Shown here: positions 9,501 to 21,500 of the stretch, piece by piece
How positions within the stretch are numbered: the first letter of the stretch is position 1
How the letters are laid out: the number at the start of each line of letters is the position of its first letter
DNA from: Mobula hypostoma
Taxonomy: Eukaryota
DNA: 64,000 bases
Direction: 5' to 3'
Assembly: GCF_963921235.1 (NCBI RefSeq)
Contig: NC_086097.1
Coordinates: forward strand, 82,834,001-82,898,000
Notes under the pieces: model-generated
The model's database searches: none
What the model was told of the DNA's origin: nothing
The model's input: only the letters and a program-made list of their open reading frames with translations
Position numbers and translations under genes: made by a program

Positions 9501-12500
9501 ATTTCCTTCTCATCTCCATTCTAAAAGGACTGAGGGTGTGTCCTCTGGTCTTAGACTCCCTACCATCGGAAACATCCTCTTCACATCCACTCTATCAAGG
9601 TCTTTCAACATTCGATAGTTTTCAATGAGGCCACTCTTCTTAGGTCCTTATTTTCATCATGTAGCTTTCTTATAACTCTCTATTTGGGGAGCTTGGTGAA
9701 CCCACATGCCCAAGGTTGTACAAGTAAAGGAATTTAATTTGGTGATTGTCAGCATCACTACAATGCTCAGCTGTATCCTGGAAGCAGTTGACCTAAGTAT
9801 GGAGGTGTGAGTTGGCACTAATTTGGGCCAAGAATAAGGCTTTTATTTAGATTTTATAAACTATATAGATTTCCAACAAGAAACAATCTGCAAATGCTGG
9901 AAATCAAGGTAACACACACAAAATGCTGGAGGAACTCAGTAGACCAGGCAGCATCTGCGGAAAAGAGTAAATAGTCAATGTTTCAGGCCGACACCTTTCT
10001 TCAGGACTGGTAAAAAGAGATGAGAAGTCAGGGTAAGAAGGTGAGGAGAGGGATGGGAGAAGTACAAGGTGGTAGGTGACAGGTGAAACTAGGAGAAGGG
10101 AAGTGGTGAAGTAAAGAGCTGAGAAGTCGATTAGTGAAAGAGATACAGAGCTGGAGAAGGGGGAATCTGACCGGAGAGGACAGAAGTCCATGGGAAAAGG
10201 GGAAAGTTTTCAACATTTTTAATAACTTGATTCTTCTGAAGTTGCAACTCATCCACAACTTCTTTTCTAACTTATGGTATTCTTATGGATATAAATCAAA
10301 TGAGACCTCGAAGTCTGTCTAAATTCAAAACCTTTCTCAATACTGTATATATTATAGCAGCTTCCTGTTAAGATATTGGTTGATCTGATGCAAATTTGTT
10401 TTTGTTTTGAGCTCAGTTTTAAAAACGATGCAAGGAAGAGTGAGAGATTAATATGCGCACAGTAAATATCATCCAGAAGAACTTGATGTAGGCAGAGCAT
10501 AATGTCAATTGCACAAAGCTGACTGGGCCATATGAAGTTGGTGTGCTGCCTGCAACAAAATAATTGTTGCACATTAACTTTGCTTCATTTTTCTTGCTAG
10601 CATTTAGAGCTTTGAATAATGTAAACACTTATTCGCTGACTGATAATGGTTGATCCCAATATGTTTAAGCATTGAGGCTTCATACTGCAACCATGTGCAA
10701 AAAAAAAAGCATTTAATTGTAGGGCTAGAGATTTTCCAGTTTACTGCCTGACTGGAGATATTCTGATTTCAATATCAAAACAACTGAGATGAATGTAGTA
10801 CAGTGCAGGCCATTTGGCCCAAGATGTTGTGCTGGCCCTTTAACCTATCCAAGATCAATTTAACTCCTCCCTCCCTTGTAGCCCTCCATTTCTCTTTGAG
10901 TTTCTTAAGCGCCCCTAATGTGTCTCCCTCTACCACCCACCCCCCTCAATACTTACCACTCTCTGTATGTTAAAAAAAAATCTACTTCTGACTCCCCCTA
11001 TATTTTCCTGCAATCACCTTAAAATTATCCCCTCTCACACTACCTATTGCTGCCCTGGCTAAAAGGTGTTGGCTGTCCACTCTGTTGATGACTCTTATCA
11101 TCTACAATCCTCTATCAAGTCCCCTCTTATCCTCCTTCACTCAAAAGGGAAAAGCCCAGTTTACTCATCCTAAGCTCATAAGACATGCTGACTAATCCAG
11201 GCATCATCCTGGGTAAATCTCCTCTGCACCCTCTCTACAGCTTCCATATTCTTCCTGTAATGAGAACAGAACACAATATACCAAGTGTGGTCAAGCTTTA
11301 TAGTGGTGCATCTCAACCCCGTCCAAATGAAGGCCAACAAACCATACACCTTCTTAACCGCTCTAACAACATATGGAATAGTAGTGGTTACTGTTGGCAT
11401 AACGCTTTACAGCACTGCCTGTAAAAGCAGGGTTCAATTCTCACTACAGTCTGTAAGGAATTTATAATTTCCCCCTGTGACTGCGTGGGTTTCCTCTGTG
11501 TGCTCTGGTTCCCTCCAGCATTTTAAAGATAGACAGCATGAGTTAGGGTTAGTATGTTGCAGGAATGCTGTGTTGGCACTGGAACCATGGTGACACTTTG
11601 GGACTGCCTCAGTACATCCCTATCTGTGTTGGTCACTGACGTAAACATTGCACTTCACTGTATGTCTTGATGTACATGTGACAAATAAAGTTACTCTTTA
11701 TCTTTAACTTTGAAGGATCCATGGATATGCACCCAACAATCCCTCTGTTTCTCCACACTGCCAAGTATCCTGCAATTAATCATGTAATCTGGCTTCACGT
11801 TTGACCTTCCAAAGAGTATCACCTCTCTCTTTTTCAGGTTGAACTCCATCTGCCACTTTTCTGCCCAGCTCGGCATCATTTCAGTGTCCCGTTGTAACCT
11901 ACAACACTATCTGCAACACCACCCATCTTCCACTACCAAGGGGATAGGAAAATTAGTGAGAAAACCAACAGTGTGTGTGGAGCATTGTGATCTTCAAAAC
12001 ATGTGAACAGAGGGGAGAACTATTAGCCAGGAGATGCATGATTTCTCAACTGAGGTATTCTTGCTCTGTGAAGGAGCCCATTTGGTGCATTGAATGTTTG
12101 CCACCCCCCAGAATATTCCCATATGACTCATTCACCCGTTTATTTCCCAGTGACCTCTATCCTATGTCCTGCTTGGTGGTGCAATAATATCAGCGCCGAA
12201 CTCCGGAGTGAAGGTTCCTGAGTTCGAATCCAAGTCGGGTTGAGCATCGAGCTAGCAACTCGGCCTCGTAAGAATAAGAATAGCTTTCTACGGAAACACC
12301 ATCAAAAGACGATGCCCCGATAACTCCACTGCCGAGTTAAGGGCTATTCTTCTTCTTCTTCTTCTTCCATTCTATGCTCGTCAATTCCTCCAACTTTCCT
12401 GCCACTGACCTACATTAAGGGGTACATTATAGTAGCCAATTAACCTAGCACCATGTGTTTGGGACGTGGGAGGAGAATGGAGCACGTAGGGCAACCCATG

Positions 12501-15500
12501 TTTCACAGGGAAAATTTGCAAACTCCATACAGTACCCAAAGAGAGAATTCAACCCAGCTCCCCAGAGCCCTGCTGCTGCAGCAGTAGTTTAACACTATGC
12601 CTTAAATTGCCCTGCTGCCATAGGTGAGATTTGAACTTATATCTACACATCAGAAAATGGTAAAATTCTGTGTAAATATACTATCTCTCGGTTGATATTC
12701 CAATTCAAAACTCAAATGTCTTTAAGCCTCTTGGACTGGAAATTCATATGCCCATAAAATATGCATTAAGTACCCTGCTCTGCAAAGTATGCCTGTTTGT
12801 CCAAATGTGGTTGGTTTGCAATCTTTGTGCGTGTACCTTGTGTGAATGAGTATGCATTTTTGAAATGCAAATCACATTCGTTATCATATTAGATCGTGTT
12901 AAGCACAATTGAGTTTCATGTGTTTAAATCGCAGTTGAAATCAACCAGTGTTATTGATGTAACTCACCACTGAATTCAACCACAAGTGAAAGTCATTGAG
13001 CCGCTTCTCAGGCATATATGGCACATAACCATGCACAAGTTCACAACGGAATCTCAGGATCTTTTTCAGATCTCACTAATGGAAACTATCTCAACATTTA
13101 CCATGTCGTGGGACCTTGTATGTTTCATAAACTCTGAATAATACAGGTCTAACATATTTGGCTATTTGTGATAGGGCACCCCTCTAATCACGGGGACCGA
13201 TCTGGTGAATCTCTTATGGTCTCCTTCAGTACTAACAGATTCCCTGACCTGTAGGAGCTGCATGCATCTTTTATAAGATTCTTGTTAATGTTCTTTACAG
13301 ATGGACGATATTCCAGAAGTTATTTGGAATGAAGAAGAACAATGTGAACTCTGCATTATGTCTTCAGAATTATTATCTTGAGTGTGATGAGACGAAAGTC
13401 TGGATCTGTGAGAAAAACAAGCTCATTGAATCAACTCTGGATCTGGGAAATGACTTGGCTAGTGTTATGACTATTCAAAGGAAATTGAGTGGGATTGAGA
13501 GGGATCTGGCTGCCATTGAATCCAGACTCCCCGAGTTGCAGAAAGTAGCTCATACATTGGCAGATGAATATCCTAATCATGCTCCTGAAATCCTGAAAAG
13601 GCTTAAGGAAATCAATGATGTTTGGGATGAGTTGAAACACACTGTTCAAGGTCATGAGGAATCACTTGGTGAGGCAAGCAAATTGCAGAAATTTCTGCAA
13701 GACTTAGATGACTTTCAGCTGTGGTTATCCAAAACACAAAAAGCTATTGCTTCTCAAGAAGAGCCGAACTCCTTACCTGAAGCAGAAATGCTCCTCAGGC
13801 AACACAATGCCATAAAAAATGAGGTCGAGCGCTATGAGGAAGATTACCAAAGGATCAGAGATAGCGGAAACATCATAACTCGGGAAGAAACAGACCCACA
13901 GTTTGAAATATTAGAACAGCGATTGAAGGGATTGGAGACTGGTTGGAAAGAGCTTCAACAGATGTGGGAAAACAGAAAAGATCTTCTCTCTCAGTCTCAT
14001 GGATTTCAGCAGTTCCTCAGGGACAGCAAACAAGCAGACAGCATTCTCACCAATCAGGTACTTTATTATCATAATTTGTAATACCGCTATAGACTTATAT
14101 TCATGCAAATACTAAATACTACATGAAGCTAAACGTGTGGTGGAAATCACCTGTAAAGAACAAAAGTGGTTATGAAACAAAACAAAATTAGAAACTTTCA
14201 TTCTGCCTAGCTTTTGTCTCCAGCTGAGAATACTACCACATTTGTACAAATAGGGTATTTGTAAAGTGAACATCTCTGCTAAGGTTTTAGTGTTTATGTG
14301 CACAGTGGCTACTTTTTAGGTTAGAATGGAACACAGTCTGGTCCACTACTGCTGTAACCCATCCATTTCAAGGTTCAACGTGTTGTACATTCAGAGATAT
14401 TCTTCTGTACACTACTGTTGTAATGCATGGTCAATTGAGTCACTGTCACCTTTATGCCAGCTTGAACCAGTCTGGATCTGACCTCCCTGATTAACAAGAC
14501 ATTTTCATTCACAGAACTACCACTCACTGGATTTTTTTTTTTGTTTGTTTTTTGCACCATTCTCTGTAAACTCTAAAGAGTGTTGCGTGGAAAAATCCCA
14601 GGAGATCAGCAGTTTCTGAGATACTAAAACCATGCTGTCTGATGCCAACAATTGTTTCACAGTCAAAGTCACTTAGATCACATTCCTTCCCCATTCTGAT
14701 GTTTGGTCTGAACAACAACTAAACCTCTTGACCATGTCTGTACACTTTTATGCATTGAGGTGCTGTCACATGATTGGCTGATTAGATATTTGCATTAATG
14801 AGCAGGTATACCTAATAAAGTGACCACTGACTGTATCTTATTACTTTTTCTATCAGAGCAAACTTTGGGAATGCGTTGTTAATTTACTCTGCTTCTAACT
14901 GCAAAATATCCTTCCAGGATATTACATTCTATAACTTATTCCATGGTAAATTTAATTGAAGAAACACGAGAATCATACCTTTTTGGGCCTTAACCTGGGA
15001 ATCTATCTGAAATCCTTTATTCATTGATTTAGTTAGTTAAATATTTCAACCATTTTGATTTTATTCCATTCTGCAACATACGTTTTAGGCTCAGAACTAA
15101 AAGTGAATACAGTCCTAAGTAGCCGCAAATGAAAATAATTTTATGACATACATTACATAATCTGATAATGTTTTTGATAAAATACCAGTGACTAAACAGC
15201 AATTATTTTAAAGAGTCTGTTTTTACATATGAAATCTGAGAATGCTAATATTCAGAATAAACAATTGCATAACGTAGCAGTACACGATGCAAGTGGTGTA
15301 AGAGTGGTAAGCATTTAAGTGGAAAAAAATCACCACGATAATAATTAATATATATGTTCAGCCCCATGATCTGAGTTTTGAGGGATATCATTGATCAGTT
15401 TCCTGCAGCAGTTATGTGCTTCTTATCAGTTGGTTAGTGTGTGACAATGGCAAGACCTAAAGTTAGATAGCTTACTAGTTTCATAATTGTGCATAATACA

Positions 15501-18500
15501 CAGTGACTTAGGAGAAAAATTGAAACTGAAGGAAGGAGAAAGCTTATGAGTGTGAAACGATGTTAACTATTCATACAGGTTTCAAGAAGTATTTGTGGGT
15601 AAACTATGATATTTTCCAATAGGAGTACAACTTAATGCATGTTGAAATGCCAAAAACCTTGGAGGCAGCTGAAGATGCTATTAAGAAGCAAGAGGGTTTT
15701 ATGACAAGCATGGATGCCAATGAAGACAAAATCATTGGGACAATTGACGAAGGAGAAAAGCTCATTAAAGATGGAAATACTTTTAAAGACAAGGTGGTTG
15801 ACAAGGTCAAATCTATCAATGAAAGGTAAGTAAACTTTTAGAAATCAGGTGAGTTTGTTAAAGCAATAGCTGAGATTTAAAAACACTACGCATTTTCGTA
15901 TCCTGTTTCTAATATGACACCATCATTGCCCTAGGTACAAAAATAATAGGAAGCAAGCTGAAGAGGTGACTGCACATCTTAAAGATAACCGAGATCTTCA
16001 GCATTTCCTACAGAACTGCCAAGAGGTTTGTGATTAGATCAAATTATGCCTGTAACTTTTCATCACAATTTTTACAGTTCAATTCAAGCACTTCCTTAAG
16101 ATTTCAAAAGGACTGAGTGAGGACAGTCAGGAGATTCTGTGCATCACACATCACTAGAAGACATTGGAGTGTGTGTAGCTAGTGAGAAATTTCAAAAGGG
16201 AGCAATAGGGTCAACTAGGAGACATTGGGGGTGCGTAATTAGCCACTTGGCAAATTCCAATAAAAAGAAGTTAGGTTTATATGGAATGGCCATTGTGCGA
16301 GTGAGCCAGTGTTAGAGTGGAGAGTTCAGGCTGTGGCTCATAGAAGCTTCAGCAAAGAGAGGTGGAGACTGCAAGTAGATCGTTTCCATTGAATTTTTCG
16401 TTCTTTCTTTATTGCACAATTAGAGCAGTGGGGATGCCCAGCTGAAAGGTGGAATGCTCCTCTTGCAGAATATCGGATGGCAGGGAGGCCTTCGGTGTCC
16501 TTGATGACTTCGTCTGCGAGAAGTGCATCCAGCTGCAGCTTCTTACACACCGTGATAAAGAATTCGAGCTTGAGCTGGATGAACTATGGATCATTAGGGA
16601 GGCTGAGGGATTGATTGACAGGATATATAGAGAGGTAGTTACACTCAAGGTGCAGGACACAGGCCACAAGAAGGGGAAAAGGAGATTGGCAGCCAGTGCT
16701 GCGTACTCCTGTGTCTCATCCCCTCAATAACAGATGTACCGCTTTGGATACTGTTGGGGATGACCTAGCAGAGGAAAGTAACAGCGGTCAGGTCTCTGGC
16801 ACTGAGTTTGGCTCTATAGCTCAGAAATGAAGGGGGAAGAAGAGAAGAGCTGTAGTGATAGGTGATTCAATGGTTAGGGGAACAGACTGGGGGGTCTGTG
16901 GAAAAGAACAAGCTTCCCAGATGGTACGTTGTCTCCTGGTGCCAGAGTCAGAGACATCACAAATTAAGTCCACAGTGTTTTTTAGTATGCAGGTGAGCAT
17001 CCCGAGGTCATGGTCTACGTTGGTACCAATGACATGGGTGGGAGGATGACGAGGTCCTGCAAAGTGACTTCAGGGAGTTAGGTGCTAAGCTGCGGGACTG
17101 TGATCTCAGGATTTCTACCTGTGCCATGTGCTGGTGAGGCCAGAAGTAGGAAGATAACACATGGCTAAGCAGATGGTGCAGGAGGGAGGGCTTCAGATTT
17201 TTGGATTTTTGGGCTCTCTTCCAGGGAAGGTGCGACCTGGGCAAGCAGGATGGTTTGCACCTAAACTGGAGGGGGAGTAATATCCTTGTGGGAAGGTTTG
17301 CTGGCGCTGTACGGGGGTAGGCGGAGTTTGACTAGAGTTGCACAGGGATGGGAACCAGAGTCAGAGCAGACAGTAAAGTGGTTATAGGGAAAGGTGTTGT
17401 TAAGCCCACGTACAAAATCAGGAAGCGAAAGATTGAGCATGGTGAGACGAATGTTCTAAGTTGTGTATACTTCAATGCAAGGAGTATTGTAGGAAAGGCA
17501 AATGAGCTTAGGACATGGATCAGCGCATGAAATTATGACACTATATCCATTACTGAGATTTGGTTGCAGAAGGGTCAGGACTGGCAGCTCAGTGTTCTAG
17601 GGTTCCTTTGATTTAGCATGATATAGCAGGAGGGGTTAAAGGGGGAGGGGTAGCATTACTAGAGAAAGTGTTACAGCAATGCGCAGACAGGACAAACTTG
17701 AGATCTTGTCTAGTGAGGCTATATAGGTGGAATTGTAAATAAGAAAGGGTTGACCACGTTAGTAGGATTATGTTATAGACTATCCAATAGTCAGCAGATT
17801 TAGTGGAGGAAACTTATATAGAGATTCAGATTATGAGAACACTCGGTCCTCTTTTATTGTCATTTGGAAATGCATACATGCATTAAGAAATGATATGATG
17901 TTTCTCCAGAGTGATATCACAGAAAACAGGACAAACCAAAGACTAACACTGAAAGAACTATGTAATTATAACATATAGTTACAGCAGTGCAAAGCAATAC
18001 TATAATTTGATGAAGAACAGACCATGGGCACGGTTAAAAAAAAATCTCAAAGTCCCTGAGTCGATCGACTCCCGAGTCCCCGATAGCAGGCGGCAAAAGG
18101 GAGAAACTCCCTGCCATAAACCTCCAGGCACCGTCAACTGGCCGATGCCTTGGAAGCAGCCGACCCCAGCCGACACTGAATCCATCCGTCTGAAAACTTC
18201 GAGCCTCCGACCAGCCCCTCTGATACAGCCTCCCGAGCGCCATCCTCTGCCAAGCGCCTTCGACCTCGCCCCGGCCGCTGAAACAAGCAAAGCCGAGGAT
18301 TCAGGCCTTCTGCTCCGGAGATTCCGGTTACCACACAGTAGCAGCGGCAGTGAAGCGGGCATTTCAAAAGTTTCTCCAGATGTTCCTCCGCACTCTCACA
18401 TCTATCTCCATCAAATCAGAATTGTGCACGGTCCCCTACTTGACAGATTACAGACATCATTCAGTGGAGAGGTCGCGCGTGCTGCCGTCACGCCACCACC

Positions 18501-21500
18501 TTCTCCTCCTCAAGATTGTAGACTTCAGCAAAAAAAAATAATGTTGTGATAGTAGGTGATTTTAAACTTACCACATATTGATTGGGACTCCCATACCGTA
18601 AAATGGCTGGATGGGAGAGCTTGTCAAATGTGTTCAGGAAAGTTTCCTTAATCAATGCATAGAAGTCCCAGATGGAGAGAGTGTGATACTAGACCTCCTA
18701 TGGGAATGAGACAGGGCTGGTGGCAGAACTTTGTATAGAGAAACACTTACATCTAGTGATCATAATGCTGTTACTTTCAATATAATTATAGAGAAGGGTA
18801 GGTCTGATGTTCAGGATGAAATTCTAAATAGGAGAAAGGACAATTTTGATGCTATTGAAAAGATCTGGTGAGTATGGATTGGGGCAGGTTGTTTTCAGGC
18901 AACGGTGTACTTGGTAAGTGGGAGGCCTTCAGAAGTGAAATTTTGAGAGTACAAAATATGTATGTTCCTGTCAGAATAAAAGGCAAGGAAACTTCTTCAC
19001 TCAGAGGGTCCAGAGGGTCATGAGAATGTGGAATGAGCTGCCAGCACAAGTGTGCATGTGAGCTCAATATCAATGTTTAAGAGAAGTCTGGATGGGTACA
19101 TAGATGGTAGGGGTATGGAGGGCAATGCTCCCAGTGCAGGTTGATGGGAGTGGGCAGTTTAAATGGTTTCGACATGGACTAGATGGGCCGGGTTCTATGC
19201 TGAACTTCTCTGTGACTCTAACAAGCTTAGAAAACCTTGGTTTTAAAGAGATAGTGAGACCTTGGTTAAGAAGAAGAAGGAGACATAGCAGGTTTAGGCA
19301 GGAAGGAACAAATGAGGTACTTGAGGAGAATAAGAGTACTTAAGAAGGAAATCAGGAGGCTAAAAGAAGGCATGAGGCTGCTGTAGAAGACAAGGTGAAA
19401 GAGAATCCCAAGGCTTCTACAGATATACTAAGAACAAAAGGATCACAAGGAACAAAATTGGTCATCCTTGAACATCAGAGATGGGGATTTCTTAAATGGA
19501 TTTTTTGCATCTGTATTTACCAGGAGATGGACACAGAGTCTATAGAAGTGAGGCAAAATAGCAACAGTGAGGTCATGGAGTGTACTTTGGAATCAGTGAT
19601 TGCAATTCTATCAATTTCAAGATAGTCATAGAAAAAAGTTATGACTGGTCTTAAATTTAAAGTCCTAAATTGGCATCAGACAGGAGCTTTTGATAATTGA
19701 TTGTGAGAGGCTGTTTTGCACATAAGGGGGGCCTTTAAAAGTGAGATAAGAAGAGTTTAGAGGCGGCATTTTCCTGTGTTCTTGTAACTTCATTAGACAC
19801 AAGCAAGGTACTGGAAAGCTGGAGGATGGCTACTGTTGTAAATTTATTTAAGAAAGACAGCAGGGATAAAGCATGAAACTATAGGCCTCTGAACCTCATG
19901 TCACTGGTGGGGCAGTTATTGAAAGGGATTTGAAGTGACAGGATTTATTTGCATTTGGAAATACAAGCACTGATTATGGATAATCAACATGGCTTTGTGC
20001 ATGGGAAATAACATCTCACAAACTTGAATTTTTTGAAGAGGTGGCTAAGAGAATTAAGAAGGACAGACTAATTGCAAGGTTGCTAAGGTCCCATGTGATT
20101 GTCTGTTCCAGAAGATCATTAAGAGATTAGCTTTATTTGTCACGTGTTCATTTAAACATTGAAACACAGTGAAACACATCTTTTTTGCGTCAATGACCAA
20201 CACAGTCCAAGGATTTTGCTGGGGGCAGCCCACAACTGACACCATGCTTCTAGCACTGATATAGCATGGCGACAATTCACTGATCCTAATTATGTACATC
20301 TTTGGAATGTGGAAGGGAACCAAGCACCCATGGAAGGGAAGTATAAACTCCTTATGGACAGTGGTGGGAATTGATCGCTGGCGTTGTTAAGTGATATGCT
20401 AACTGCCATGATACCATGCAACCCTGAACAGATCAGAATCACAATCAGAATCAGGTTTATTATCACCGGCATGTGACATGAAATTTGTTAACTTAGCAGC
20501 AGCAGTTCAATGCAATACATAATCTAGTAGAGAGAGAGAAAAAATTAAATAAAACATAATAATAAATAAGTAAATCAATTACGTATATTGAATAGATTTT
20601 TTTAAAATATGCAAAAACAGAAATACTGTGTATTAAAAAAAAGTGAGGTAGTGTCCAAAGCTTCAATGTTCATTTAGGAATCGGATGACAGAGGGGAAGA
20701 AGCTGTTCCTGTATCACTGAGTGTGTGCCTTCAGACTTCTGTACCTCCTTCCTGATGGTAATAGTGAGAAAAAAGCATGCCCTGGGTGCTGGAGGTTCTT
20801 AATAATGGACACTGCCTTTCTGAGACGCCGCTCCCTAAAGATGTTCTCGGTACTTTGTAGGCTAATACCCAAGATGGAGCTGACTAGATTTACAACCTTC
20901 TGCAGCTTCTTTTGGTCCTGTGCAGTAGCCGCTCCATACCAGACAGTGATGCAGCCTGTCAGAATGCTCTCCACGGTACAACTATAGAATTTTTTGCGTG
21001 TATTTGTTGACATGTCAAATCTCTTCAAACTGCTAATAAAGCATAGCCACTGTCTTGCCTTCTTTATGACTACGTCAATATGTTGGGACCAGTTTAGATC
21101 CTCAGAAATCTTGACACCCAGGAATTTGAAGCTGCTCACTCTCTCCCAAAGTGAGCTTTTTGGTACAAAATTTGCTTGGTGGAAGAAAGTAGAACGTGAT
21201 GGAGGCGGGGAAGGGTTTGATTTTCATAGTAGAGGCCATTTGTATGCTCTAGGGATTGGTGCTGTGTTCTTGTTATATGTGTATACAGTGGATTCCAGTT
21301 AATTGGAATACTTTGGAACCAATACATTTTGACCCAATTAAGTGGCTGCCCTAATTAGACAAAGTTTCATGGACATTGTTAAAAAGGTATAAAAAAAGAT
21401 AAACTAGCATTTAATTGAGTAACAAATTACGTATTTAAATAAAATAAAGACAAATTAGAACACTACCAATCTACTACAGTAGTATAAATCTGTGTATCAG

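Noticed and set aside
12175..12235. tRNA gene
   Set aside because: A B box is present but there is no cloverleaf or T-run terminator; it is a SINE head.
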